Assembly (NCBI GenBank): GCA_045643205.1
Contig: JAZUKI010000004.1
Span: 8,331-72,330, forward strand
Source of the DNA: Clostridia bacterium
GTDB taxonomy: Bacteria; Bacillota; Clostridia; TANB77; CAG-508
Reading direction: 5' to 3'
DNA length: 64,000 nucleotides
The notes under the pieces are model-generated. The model worked only from the letters and a program-made list of their open reading frames with translations. It had not been told where the DNA came from and ran no database searches. The position numbers were made by a program, and so were the translations under genes. This document shows, piece after piece, positions 40,745 through 50,479 of the stretch (position 1 is its first letter; the number at the start of each line of letters is the position of its first letter).

Positions 40745-41743
40745 ATGGGAAAAGTAAGTTATTTGATTAAAAGAATTGCAAAAATGGATAAAAAAGCAAT
40801 GCTAAGAAAAACAAGAGAAATTCATAAGAAAACAGGAAAATCTAGAATATATTTATTTTTTGACATGATTAAATGTGGAAGAAAATATGGAGCAGGTTAT
40901 ATGGATTATGACTTATATGAAATGTATAATTTAACTCCAGAACAAAGAGATACATATTTAACTCGTGGAAGAAATAATAATATAGATAAAACATTTAATA
41001 ACAAAGAATATAAATGGAGACTTGAGAGAAAAGACCAATTTAATACAAATTTCAATAAATATTTAAAACGTGATTGGGTAAATGTTTCAGGAGATAATAA
41101 AGAAGAGGTTATTAAATTTTTGGAAAAGCATGAAGAATTCTTAGCAAAACCAATAAATGGTTCATGCGGAAAAAATATAGAAAAGATACATACTAAAGAT
41201 TATGAAAATTTAGATGAATTATATAATTATCTTATTGATAAAGAATTTGAACTTGAAGAAATTATTCAACAACATTCTGAAGTAAGTAAAATTTATCCTG
41301 GATCAATAAATACAGTAAGAGTAGTTACAATTTTAAAAGATAACGAAACTCATATAATGGCAACTTATTTTAGAATTGGTAACAATGGAAAATTTGTTGA
41401 TAATTTTAATTCGGGAGGAATGGTTGCACCAGTTAATGAAGAAACTGGTGAAGTTACACAAAGTGCAATTGATAAAAATAAAAATCTTTATGATGTTCAT
41501 CCTACTACAGGAACACAAATAAAAGGATTTAAGTTTCCTTATTGGAAAGAAATGCGCAAAATGGTAGAAGAAGCAAGCAAAGTAATTCCTCAAATGGGAT
41601 ATGTAGGATGGGATGTTGCATTTACACCTAATGGACCTGTACTAGTTGAAGCAAATGATTTTCCTGGCCACGATATTTATCAATTACCAGAACATACTCC
41701 AGATAAAATAGGTGTATATCCTAAATTTAGAAAATATTTATAA
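40745..41743 (+). CDS. Sugar-transfer-associated ATP-grasp family protein
   Basis: C-terminal YVGWDVAFTPNGPVLVEANDFPGHDIYQLP and upstream SINTVRVVT ... YFRIGNNGKFVDNFNSGG match the ATP-grasp_ST family. Start moved to ATG 40745 so that RBS AAAGGAA has 5-nt spacing. Confidence 0.6.
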   Translation: MGKVSYLIKRIAKMDKKAMLRKTREIHKKTGKSRIYLFFDMIKCGRKYGAGYMDYDLYEMYNLTPEQRDTYLTRGRNNNIDKTFNNKEYKWRLERKDQFNTNFNKYLKRDWVNVSGDNKEEVIKFLEKHEEFLAKPINGSCGKNIEKIHTKDYENLDELYNYLIDKEFELEEIIQQHSEVSKIYPGSINTVRVVTILKDNETHIMATYFRIGNNGKFVDNFNSGGMVAPVNEETGEVTQSAIDKNKNLYDVHPTTGTQIKGFKFPYWKEMRKMVEEASKVIPQMGYVGWDVAFTPNGPVLVEANDFPGHDIYQLPEHTPDKIGVYPKFRKYL

Positions 41744-41821
41744 TATATCTATAATATAAATATTTATAAAAAATATCATAATATAATATATAGAAAACCA
41801 AAATAAAAGAAAGAGATTATT

Positions 41822-43213
41822 ATGAAAAAGAAAGTTTTATTTAGTCTATTATTTGTTTTATTATTTTTAGTAATGATGCAATTAAATAGTTATGCTACAA
41901 GTATTCCAAAAGTAAGTATTGAAGGCAATATTTCTAATATGCAAAGTAAATCAGATGTTAGAAATGTAAAAATAAAATATGAAAGCGATGAGATAAATTT
42001 TGAAGCTTATACAGAAATTAAAATTCAAGGAAATACTAGTTTATCTTTCGAAAAGAAAAATTACACTATTAAATTATTTAAAGATAATGAACATAAAGAA
42101 AAAAATAAAGTTCAAGTAAAAGAAGAATGGGGAAAACAAAGTAAATATTGCTTAAAAGCTAACTGGGTAGATGATGTTACGCAAGCTAGAAATATTGTTT
42201 CAGCAAGAATAGCAGCTAAAGTTAATGAAAGATATAACGTTTTTACTAATACACCACATAATGGAACTATAGATGGTTTTCCAATTGAAATTTATAATAA
42301 TGGAAACTTTTTAGGAGTATATACATGGAATATTCCTAAAGATGATTGGCTTTGGAATTTAGATGATGAGGATGAAAATCAATATGCAATTGAAACAGAA
42401 GAATATACAAAAGCATCATCTTTTAAAGAAAATATAACAAAATTTGATGAAAATGTTTTTGATGTAGAAGCAGGAACTAAAAGTGATAAAGCATTAAAAC
42501 ATATTCAAGATACAATTACATTTGTAAAAGATAGTACTGATGAAGAATTTAAAGAAAACTTTGAAAAGTATTTTAATTTTGATGCTACAGTAGATTACAT
42601 TTTATGTTGTTATTATTTTGGAGCCTATGATAATCTTGAAAAAAACATGTTATTAGTATCATATGATGGTCAAAAGTTTATACCATCACTATATGACTTA
42701 GATACAACTTTTGGTACAAAGTATGATGGATCAGAGAAAGTAAGCTATGATACTAATTTTGATAAAGATAATTCATTATTATGGTACAAATTAATTAAGA
42801 ATTTTCCAAATGAAATTGCTCAAAGGTGGTTTGATTTAAGAAAAGATATATTTACAAAAGAAGCAACAATGAAGGAATTTTATGATTTTTATAATTCAAT
42901 TCCGGAAGAAACATGGCAAAGAGAGAAAGAAAAATGGGGAGAAGATAAGCTTCCTGGATTTGGATTAGATCAAATTGAAGAGTTCTTAGACTTTAGAATT
43001 AAATTTGTAGATGATATAATGGATGAAAAATTTACTCCGGAATACAAAGAAAAATTAGAAGAAGAAAAGAAACAAGAACTTCAAAGAATTAAAAGCGAAG
43101 AAGAAATAGAAAGCTTCAATAAAAAAATAATACCTGCATTTGCAATAATTGCAGTAATAATAGTAGTATTAATAATTGCCAAAATAGTAATACAAATTAA
43201 GAGAAGAAAATAA
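41822..43213 (+). CDS. CotH kinase-family protein, secreted with C-terminal membrane anchor
   Basis: 463 aa. Signal peptide, then blocks matching B. subtilis CotH by eye: KKNYTIKLF (KKSYRVEF), LKANWVDDVTQARN (LNAEYQDPSLIRN), NGNFLGVY (NGVMAGVY), IPSLYDLDTTFG (IPWDYDATWG). C-terminal TM segment plus a KRRK tail. Confidence 0.6.
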   Translation: MKKKVLFSLLFVLLFLVMMQLNSYATSIPKVSIEGNISNMQSKSDVRNVKIKYESDEINFEAYTEIKIQGNTSLSFEKKNYTIKLFKDNEHKEKNKVQVKEEWGKQSKYCLKANWVDDVTQARNIVSARIAAKVNERYNVFTNTPHNGTIDGFPIEIYNNGNFLGVYTWNIPKDDWLWNLDDEDENQYAIETEEYTKASSFKENITKFDENVFDVEAGTKSDKALKHIQDTITFVKDSTDEEFKENFEKYFNFDATVDYILCCYYFGAYDNLEKNMLLVSYDGQKFIPSLYDLDTTFGTKYDGSEKVSYDTNFDKDNSLLWYKLIKNFPNEIAQRWFDLRKDIFTKEATMKEFYDFYNSIPEETWQREKEKWGEDKLPGFGLDQIEEFLDFRIKFVDDIMDEKFTPEYKEKLEEEKKQELQRIKSEEEIESFNKKIIPAFAIIAVIIVVLIIAKIVIQIKRRK

Positions 43214-43298
43214 AACACAAACAACAAGAAAAAATAAGAATTAAAATAAAAACAGAAGAAAATAAAAATAGAAAAAAATAAAGCAAAAGGGAATATAC

Positions 43299-44696
43299 AT
43301 GAAAAGAAAAGTGTTTACAATAATTAAAAGCATAATTAAATATATTTCTATATTCATTGCATTAATTGCTTGCTACAATGGATTAATGTATGCAGTTTGC
43401 AAAATTCCATCTAGCATGATGAAATCAACAGTAGAAAAGTCTGCTGAGATATTGAGAGGGCAAGGCATACGATATAGATTTGCTTTTTATGCATATAATG
43501 ATAATGAAACAGATGCATTAATGGTTAATAATGCTTATTCTATAGATAGTGAGAAACCATTTGATTCTTATATGTGGGCAAGAAAAAATTATAATCCTGA
43601 AATAACCAAAGAAGTACAAGATGAAACTCAAGGTGAATTAATTTCTTATGATAAAACAGATACAATAGTTGAAGATTATAATGCACCAAATGAATTATAT
43701 GATTTCTTAGAAGGAAAAATAACTCACTCAATCTCATATCAAAGATATTGGCATGGATATTTAATAGTTTTGAGATTATTACTATTAGTATTTAACGTTA
43801 CAGAATTAAGAGTAGTAAGACTATTAGTATTAGGAGGAATTTTATACTTTTTCTTAAAACAATTAAAAAGAAATTTTGGATTCAAAGCAGTATTTGGAAT
43901 GCTAGCAATAATTTTGTTATATGAATTTTATAGTATTCCAGCAACATTAGCAACTTATCCAGTTGTTCTTATTACTATACTTTTCTCAATGTTCTTATTA
44001 AGAAAAGTAGGAAAGAATGGAAAAGCAATTCATTTTGAAAAACTATATAAATATTTCTTTATAATTGGTTCAATAGTTAATTTTGTGGATTTCTTATCTA
44101 TACCACTAATTTCATTAGGAATACCATTACTATTAGTGTTAATGAAATATAATGAAACACAAAGGCAAAACAATGGATTGATTAACAGAAAAAAATGTGT
44201 AAAATTTGTAATAGGAGCAGCACTAATTTGGTTAACAGGTTATGCGCTAACTTGGGTAGCTAAATGGGTAATATTCATGATTTACACAAATAACTTTGAT
44301 TTATCTAACATTATTTCACAAATAGGATTTAGAATGTCACATACTATTAAGTTTGGAAACATAGGAGAAAATGTTAATTACATATTTACTTTATCAATAG
44401 TTATAACAGCATTTTCTATTGCAATATCACTATTAAGAAATAAAAAAATAAAAACAATGAAAGAAATAATTAATGATAACTTAGCAATTATATTAGTAGG
44501 ATTATTTCCAATAATTTGGGTAACAGTACTATTAAATCATTCAGCTTTTCACTATTTTTTCACTTACAGAGTATCAATGGTTACAGCTCTTGCAGGAGAA
44601 ATGGTAGCAATGTATATGGTTAAACCAATAAAAAAAGAAAAGAAGCAAAAAAGAGTAAAATCACTTTTACCAAAATGGCTTAAGGCAAAAAACTAG
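43299..44696 (+). CDS. Polytopic membrane protein of unknown function
   Basis: 465 aa. N-terminal TM segment, a soluble domain of about 130 aa, then about 8 TM helices. Confidence 0.4.
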   Translation: MKRKVFTIIKSIIKYISIFIALIACYNGLMYAVCKIPSSMMKSTVEKSAEILRGQGIRYRFAFYAYNDNETDALMVNNAYSIDSEKPFDSYMWARKNYNPEITKEVQDETQGELISYDKTDTIVEDYNAPNELYDFLEGKITHSISYQRYWHGYLIVLRLLLLVFNVTELRVVRLLVLGGILYFFLKQLKRNFGFKAVFGMLAIILLYEFYSIPATLATYPVVLITILFSMFLLRKVGKNGKAIHFEKLYKYFFIIGSIVNFVDFLSIPLISLGIPLLLVLMKYNETQRQNNGLINRKKCVKFVIGAALIWLTGYALTWVAKWVIFMIYTNNFDLSNIISQIGFRMSHTIKFGNIGENVNYIFTLSIVITAFSIAISLLRNKKIKTMKEIINDNLAIILVGLFPIIWVTVLLNHSAFHYFFTYRVSMVTALAGEMVAMYMVKPIKKEKKQKRVKSLLPKWLKAKN

Positions 44697-44808
44697 AAAT
44701 ATAGTATGTTGAAACACACTTACATGCACTTTTACATAAATTAATAATTTGGAAAATAGGATATGAAGTGATATAATACGTTAGAAGGAAGTAGACAGGA
44801 GAAATAAT

Positions 44809-46602
44809 ATGATTTTTACTAAAAAGCAAATTGAAGATACAAGGGATAGTAAAAAACCTGACTTAAGAATATATACATCTAGAAAAATTAAAAACTATAG
44901 AGAATTAGTTAGCTATAGTGCAGAAAACTATGCCGATCATATTGCTTACAAATATAAAAATAATCCAAATGACAAAATGATTATTGAAAAAACCTATGAA
45001 CAAGCTGGCAATGATATTAAAACATTTGCAACAGCTTTATTAAGCAAGAAAATCAAGTCAAAAAAAGTAGCTGTCATTGGAAAAAATAGATATGAATGGT
45101 GCATGACTTATTTAGCAGTTACAACTGCCGGAATGGTTATTTGTCCACTTGATCGAATGCTTCCAGAAAATGAAATTAAAAACCTAATAAAGAGAAGTGA
45201 AGCTGAAATAGTAGTTTGTGACAAACAATTTGTAGAAATATTCAAACAAATAAAAGCAACTAAAGGTAGCAATTTAAAGAATATAATATGCTTTGATGAA
45301 TTGGAAAATTATGATAAAGATGTTGAATATTGGTATGATTTAAGAGATGAAGGCTTTAAATTACGTTATGAAGGAAATGATGAATATGATAAAGTTGAAA
45401 TAGATGAAGATAATATGTCAATTTTATTATTTACATCAGGAACAACATCAGAGGCAAAAGGAGTTATGCTTTCTCAAAAGAATGTTTGCACTAATATTGA
45501 AGATATGGCTTCATTTTCTAAATTGTATGATACAGACGTAATCTTATCAGTATTACCATTACATCACACTTTTGAATGTACAATATCATTCTTATATGGT
45601 TTTTATAGTGGAGTTTGTGTAGCATTTTGTGATGGACTTAGATATTATGCAAAGAATCTTAAAGAATATGAAGCAACAGTTATAGTGGCAGTTCCTGTAT
45701 TATTAGAAACTATGTATAAGAAAATAAAAAAAGGCATAAAAGAATCTGGAAAGGAAAAAACTTTCCAAAGAGGAATCAAAATTTCTAAATTTTTATTAAA
45801 ATTTCACATAGATATTAGAAAGAAATTATTTAAACAAGTACTTGAATCATTAGGTGGCAAAGTTAGAATTCTATATTATGGTGCTGCCCAAATGGAAAAA
45901 GATACAATAAATGGATATTTTAATTTAGGAATTAATTCTGTTCAAGGCTATGGTTTAACAGAAACATCACCAATTTTAACTGCAGAAACAGATAAATTAC
46001 ACAAATTAGGAACAGTTGGACAATGTTTACCATCACTTGAAATGAAAATTATTGATAAAAATGAAGAAGGCATAGGCGAAGTTTGTGCAAAAGGCGCAAG
46101 TATAATGCTTGGATATTATAAGAATGAAAGCAAAACAAAAGAAGCTTTTGATGAAGATGGTTATTTTAAAACAGGTGACTATGGATATTTTGATAAAGCA
46201 GGTTTCTTACATTTAACTGGAAGAAAAAATGATATCATTGTTTTAAGAAATGGAAAAAATATATATCCAGATGAAATCGAAGGATTAATTAATAAAATAC
46301 CATATGTAAATGAAAGCCTTGTTTTTGCTAGAAATGAAAAGAAGACAGATACTTTATTAGCAGCTAAAATTGTTTATGATCCAGACGAATTAAAAAGAGT
46401 TCATGAAGGAATTGATTTAGAAAATCAAAAAGAATTAAAGAAAATAGTTATGGAAGATATTAAAAATGATGTAGATACAAAATTATCAACATTTAAACAT
46501 GTTAAGAGAGTAATTTTAACTACTGAGCCTATGGAAAAAACAACAACACAAAAAATAAAGAGAAATCTTGAATTAAAGAAATTAGAAGATACTAAAATAT
46601 AA
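44809..46602 (+). CDS. AMP-dependent synthetase/ligase (long-chain acyl-CoA synthetase-like)
   Basis: 597 aa. AMP-binding motif LLFTSGTTSEAKGVML, plus YGLTE and GDYGYFDKAGFLHLTGRKNDII. Confidence 0.8.
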   Translation: MIFTKKQIEDTRDSKKPDLRIYTSRKIKNYRELVSYSAENYADHIAYKYKNNPNDKMIIEKTYEQAGNDIKTFATALLSKKIKSKKVAVIGKNRYEWCMTYLAVTTAGMVICPLDRMLPENEIKNLIKRSEAEIVVCDKQFVEIFKQIKATKGSNLKNIICFDELENYDKDVEYWYDLRDEGFKLRYEGNDEYDKVEIDEDNMSILLFTSGTTSEAKGVMLSQKNVCTNIEDMASFSKLYDTDVILSVLPLHHTFECTISFLYGFYSGVCVAFCDGLRYYAKNLKEYEATVIVAVPVLLETMYKKIKKGIKESGKEKTFQRGIKISKFLLKFHIDIRKKLFKQVLESLGGKVRILYYGAAQMEKDTINGYFNLGINSVQGYGLTETSPILTAETDKLHKLGTVGQCLPSLEMKIIDKNEEGIGEVCAKGASIMLGYYKNESKTKEAFDEDGYFKTGDYGYFDKAGFLHLTGRKNDIIVLRNGKNIYPDEIEGLINKIPYVNESLVFARNEKKTDTLLAAKIVYDPDELKRVHEGIDLENQKELKKIVMEDIKNDVDTKLSTFKHVKRVILTTEPMEKTTTQKIKRNLELKKLEDTKI

Positions 46603-46641
46603 TTTAAAAAATTAAAATTTTACTAAAGAAAAAGGAGAAGT

Positions 46642-47934
46642 TTGTTGACCGCAGAAGAAAAGAAAATCTTAAATGAAAAAAGAACTGCGATGAATCGTAA
46701 AAATAATATTAAGTTATATCCAATATATAAAGCTTTTGGATTTGATACTTGGTTTTATTTTGCAATTAGTGTCAGTTACTATATTCATAAAGGATTGACC
46801 TCATCTGAAATTATGATGAGGACTGCATTTTTTGCATTGTTTTCAATCTTATTTCAACCTATTGCAAATTTATGCACAGAAAAATTCGGAAAGCGAAACA
46901 CAATAATTATAGGAAATATTATTGTTATAATTTCTATGATTGTTTTGATTCTTGCACAACATTTTTGGTCAGTAATAGTTTTTGTATTACTAAATGCATT
47001 AGGTTTTGATATGAAATATATTGCAGAAGCAAACTTGTTATACGATTCATTTGCAGAAGGACAGCATAGACATGAAGCATATGCTAGAATAGAGCAAAAA
47101 GGGTATACTGCTTACTGTGTATTTCAAGCACTTTCATCAATTGCGGCAGGTTTCTTATTTAATATAAATCCAGATTTGCCAATATATTGTGGATTAATAG
47201 TTACTGTAATAGCGACATTAATATCATTTAGCTTTGTTGAAATTTTACCACTAGATAAAAAGCCAGTGGAGGAAACGAAAAAATATTTTAAAGTTTTATT
47301 TAAAAAATATAAAAAAATTAATAAATCAAATCGACTTAGAGCATTGCTTATAATTACTGGAATAGGATTTGGTTTAACATACATATCTGAAGGATATGAG
47401 CTTCAATTATTTGATAAGATTGAAATAAATACAACAATTGTCGGTATATTATATGCTGTAATGATAGCAATGCGTGGCATAGGAGCGAAAGCAGCTAATG
47501 CTATAAATAGAAAATTTAAGAACAAAACACTCACATACATTTTACAAGCATATGTTATAAACTTCTTTTTAGGCGGTATTATTGCATTAATAAGTATACC
47601 AATTGAAATTAAGGTTGCTTTGTTAGGAATTTTATACGCATTCTATTCAATTAATGATGGAGCACAACATGTTTTAGAGCGAAGATACTTATTTAGCTTT
47701 TCTAATGATAATGTAGAAAATTCAATTTCATCAATAAAGTCAATTACAGATAATATTATAAAAATGATAATGTCATTTATTGCATCAGGGGTTTTAATTA
47801 TTGTAGATATTAGATATGCATTTTTAATAATGGGTGTAGTAGCGATAATATTAATATTTATAGGTTCATCATATGCAAAAAATAGATTAGGACTACAGCC
47901 AGAAGAATATACTAAAAAAGATAAATACGAATAA
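46642..47934 (+). CDS. Polytopic membrane protein, MFS-transporter-like
   Basis: 430 aa with about 12 TM helices in 6+6 arrangement. TTG start per the ORF track. No signature checked. Confidence 0.4.
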   Translation: MLTAEEKKILNEKRTAMNRKNNIKLYPIYKAFGFDTWFYFAISVSYYIHKGLTSSEIMMRTAFFALFSILFQPIANLCTEKFGKRNTIIIGNIIVIISMIVLILAQHFWSVIVFVLLNALGFDMKYIAEANLLYDSFAEGQHRHEAYARIEQKGYTAYCVFQALSSIAAGFLFNINPDLPIYCGLIVTVIATLISFSFVEILPLDKKPVEETKKYFKVLFKKYKKINKSNRLRALLIITGIGFGLTYISEGYELQLFDKIEINTTIVGILYAVMIAMRGIGAKAANAINRKFKNKTLTYILQAYVINFFLGGIIALISIPIEIKVALLGILYAFYSINDGAQHVLERRYLFSFSNDNVENSISSIKSITDNIIKMIMSFIASGVLIIVDIRYAFLIMGVVAIILIFIGSSYAKNRLGLQPEEYTKKDKYE

Positions 47935-47959
47935 TCTTATAATATAGAATAGAGGAATC

Positions 47960-48409
47960 ATGAGAGCAGTAGTGCAAAGAGTTTCACATGCACAAGTGAA
48001 AGTTAATGATAAAGTAGTTGGAAAAATTCAAAAAGGATATTTAGTTTTATTAGGGATAAAAGAAGGCGATACAACCAAGGAAGCAGATTTCTTAGCTAAA
48101 AAATTAATTAATTTAAGAATTTTTGAAGATGAAAATGATAAAATGAATTTATCGATAAATGATGTTGGAGGAGAGATGTTAATTGTTTCTCAATTTACTT
48201 TATATGGAGATGCATCTCATGGAAACAGACCATCATTTATAGAAGCAGCTAGACCTGAAAAAGCGAATGAATTATATGAATATTTATGCCAAAAAGTTAA
48301 TGAAGAAGTCCATGTTGAAAAAGGGATTTTTCAAGCCGAAATGAAGGTAGAACTTCTAAATGATGGACCCGTTACAATATTGATAGAAAAAGATCCTGAA
48401 AACGTGTGA
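47960..48409 (+). CDS. dtd: D-aminoacyl-tRNA deacylase
   Basis: 149 aa. MRAVVQRVSHAQVKV...GYLVLLGI...SQFTLYGD is the canonical Dtd sequence. Confidence 0.9.
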   Translation: MRAVVQRVSHAQVKVNDKVVGKIQKGYLVLLGIKEGDTTKEADFLAKKLINLRIFEDENDKMNLSINDVGGEMLIVSQFTLYGDASHGNRPSFIEAARPEKANELYEYLCQKVNEEVHVEKGIFQAEMKVELLNDGPVTILIEKDPENV

Positions 48410-48503
48410 CAGAGCAAACCACAATGCTCAAAACAGCATTTAAAGCATTGAAAATACTGACTTTTAGGAACAAAGATACATAGCACCAAAAACGCTAAAA
48501 ATA

Positions 48504-48532
48504 TGGACAAAATTGGTAAAATATGTTATAAT
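48504..48532 (+). promoter_or_regulatory. Putative sigma-A promoter (TGGACA-17 bp-TATAAT) for the small ORF and fic
   Basis: TGGACA at 48504-48509, a 17-nt spacer, and TATAAT at 48527-48532, followed by RBS AGGAGG and the ATG at 48563. Confidence 0.4.
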
Positions 48533-48562
48533 TATGGTGTGTTGATTTTTTAGGAGGTTGCT

Positions 48563-48739
48563 ATGAATAACGAAGAAAAATTTAAATTTGATATCGCTAA
48601 TTTAAAAACTGATTTTGCCGTTGAAAACATGGCAATCACTAGCGATGATATCAATATGTTAAGAAAATTAAATAATAATGAAATTACAATGAATGAAACA
48701 ATAAACAATATTAAAAAGACGTATATTCAAGGAGTTTAA
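48563..48739 (+). CDS. Small protein (58 aa) immediately upstream of fic, a candidate Fic-associated antitoxin or regulator
   Basis: Not in the ORF track (under 60 aa). Strong RBS TAGGAGG. Its stop TAA overlaps the fic start region (TAATATG), indicating translational coupling. Confidence 0.4.
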   Translation: MNNEEKFKFDIANLKTDFAVENMAITSDDINMLRKLNNNEITMNETINNIKKTYIQGV

Positions 48740-48740
48740 T

Positions 48741-49343
48741 ATGGCAGATGATTTATACGAAGCAAGAAATTCTATTTACTGTTATCCAAATTCTGATGTT
48801 TTAATAAATAAGTTAAACATTAAAGATAATCAGGTATTGCATGAAGCGGAAAGAAAGATTGTTCTAACAAAGTCTTATGAACTTAGGAAAAACAGCCAAA
48901 TAGGTAACTTCGATTTAAATCATTTTTTAGAAATTCATAAATTTTTATTTGAAGATATATATCCTTTTGCTGGAAAGTTCAGAAATGAAAACATAGCAAA
49001 AGGATATTTTTCTTTTGCTGAATGGCAATATATTGAACCTGAAATAAAAAGACTGTTTGACAAATTAAAAGAAGAGGATTATTTACAAGGAAAATCTAGA
49101 GAAGAGTTAGTAAAAGGATTAGCTTATTATTTAAGTGAACTTAATGTTTTACATCCATTTAGAGAAGGTAATGGAAGAACAATTAGAGAGTTTATAAGAG
49201 AATTAGCCTTTTACAATGGATACATATTAGATTTGCAAAACACTACTTCTGATGAACTACTAAAAGCAAGCATTGATTCAATCGCTGACACAAAAGAATT
49301 AGAAGAAACATTAAATAGATGCCTAATTAAAACAGATTTTTAA
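48741..49343 (+). CDS. fic: Fic/Doc family protein (AMPylation-type Fido domain)
   Basis: 200 aa. Fic core motif HPFREGNGRTIREF (HPFx[DE]GNGR). Confidence 0.8.
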   Translation: MADDLYEARNSIYCYPNSDVLINKLNIKDNQVLHEAERKIVLTKSYELRKNSQIGNFDLNHFLEIHKFLFEDIYPFAGKFRNENIAKGYFSFAEWQYIEPEIKRLFDKLKEEDYLQGKSREELVKGLAYYLSELNVLHPFREGNGRTIREFIRELAFYNGYILDLQNTTSDELLKASIDSIADTKELEETLNRCLIKTDF

Positions 49344-49450
49344 ATAAATTTAAAATATATTACTAAGACAATTATTAGCCCAATTTAACTATGATATTTA
49401 AATTTAGTTATGATATAATGCAAAAAACTAAAGAAGATAAAGGAATTAAT

Positions 49451-50479
49451 ATGAAAAGTGAAAACACTTTAAAAAATATTAATATTGAGAATTCAGAAAC
49501 CTTAGATGTTGAGAGAAAACTTAACATATCTAAGGCTATTGCTAGTATGTTAATAGATCAAATATATGAGATGCCATACACATACAATGAACTATTTATT
49601 AGAATTTATAATAAAGAATATAAAACTGCAGAGTTTTTAGAAACATCAAACCAAATTTATTATGATGGTAAGAACGATATAATATATTTAGATAGAACAA
49701 TATTAGAACAATCAGAAGATGAATTTATTGATGAATTTTTTATTCACGAAATAATTCATGCTTTACAAAAGTTTGGCAGTAGCAACAAAAGAACAGGATT
49801 ATGTTTTGATGCAGATTCGAAGCCTAAAGGTATAGGTTTGAATGAAGCAGTTATTCATTATATGTCATCAAAAGCTGTAAAAATGGTAATTGAAAGAGTT
49901 CAAGATGATAATTTAAATTATTACACAAATAACACTAAATATTATGATTATATGATTGGATTAGTAATTGAATTATTTGAATTTATTGATCCGTTGATTA
50001 CATATGAAAGCTGCATTTCAAGTAATGAAAAAGTAAGCATTTTGATGAATGACATATTTGCAGAGGATGCAAATCAAATTATTTGTAATTTTGATGAATT
50101 ATATAAAGAGTATCAAGATAGTAATTATCAAAACATGGCAGACATCTTTATAAAAACTCAAAAAATAATATATAAAAGATTCTTTTCTATCAACTATAAA
50201 AAAGCAGAAGATGCAGATCAATTAAATATGGTTGTTCAAAAAATGGAAGACTTCGAAAAAGTATTAGCAATAAGAGTTAAAGATGGAAAAGAAGTAACAG
50301 AAGATAAAGAAGAATTTGAAAATTTCAAAAATGAAATGCATAAAGAATATTTTCAAAAATACCTTGAAGTCGACAAACATCAAAAAAACACACAACTAGT
50401 TGTCGTTAAAGAAGGTTTACTTGCAAGATTTTTTAGATGGATAAAGGAAAAGTTTAATGAAAAAAATTCTACTAATTGA
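49451..50479 (+). CDS. Hypothetical protein with HExxH zinc-metallopeptidase-like motif
   Basis: FIHEIIHALQKFG (HExxH). Start moved to ATG 49451 (MKSENTLK) with RBS AAAGGAA. The 3' end overlaps the polA start by 23 nt. Confidence 0.45.
   Translation: MKSENTLKNINIENSETLDVERKLNISKAIASMLIDQIYEMPYTYNELFIRIYNKEYKTAEFLETSNQIYYDGKNDIIYLDRTILEQSEDEFIDEFFIHEIIHALQKFGSSNKRTGLCFDADSKPKGIGLNEAVIHYMSSKAVKMVIERVQDDNLNYYTNNTKYYDYMIGLVIELFEFIDPLITYESCISSNEKVSILMNDIFAEDANQIICNFDELYKEYQDSNYQNMADIFIKTQKIIYKRFFSINYKKAEDADQLNMVVQKMEDFEKVLAIRVKDGKEVTEDKEEFENFKNEMHKEYFQKYLEVDKHQKNTQLVVVKEGLLARFFRWIKEKFNEKNSTN

Noticed and set aside
40193-41743. Idea that the ATP-grasp enzyme plus nearby small ORFs form a graspetide (microviridin-like) RiPP cluster.
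   Set aside because: The ATP-grasp matches the sugar-transfer-associated type rather than the RimK/MdnC type. No short precursor-peptide ORF with a conserved core motif sits in the flanking intergenic regions, which are all under 120 bp and ORF-free.
48433-48452. Inverted repeat AATGCT-caaaaca-AGCATT downstream of dtd as a terminator.
   Set aside because: It has only a 6-bp stem and no following T-tract. It could be a weak structure, but it is not convincing as an intrinsic terminator.
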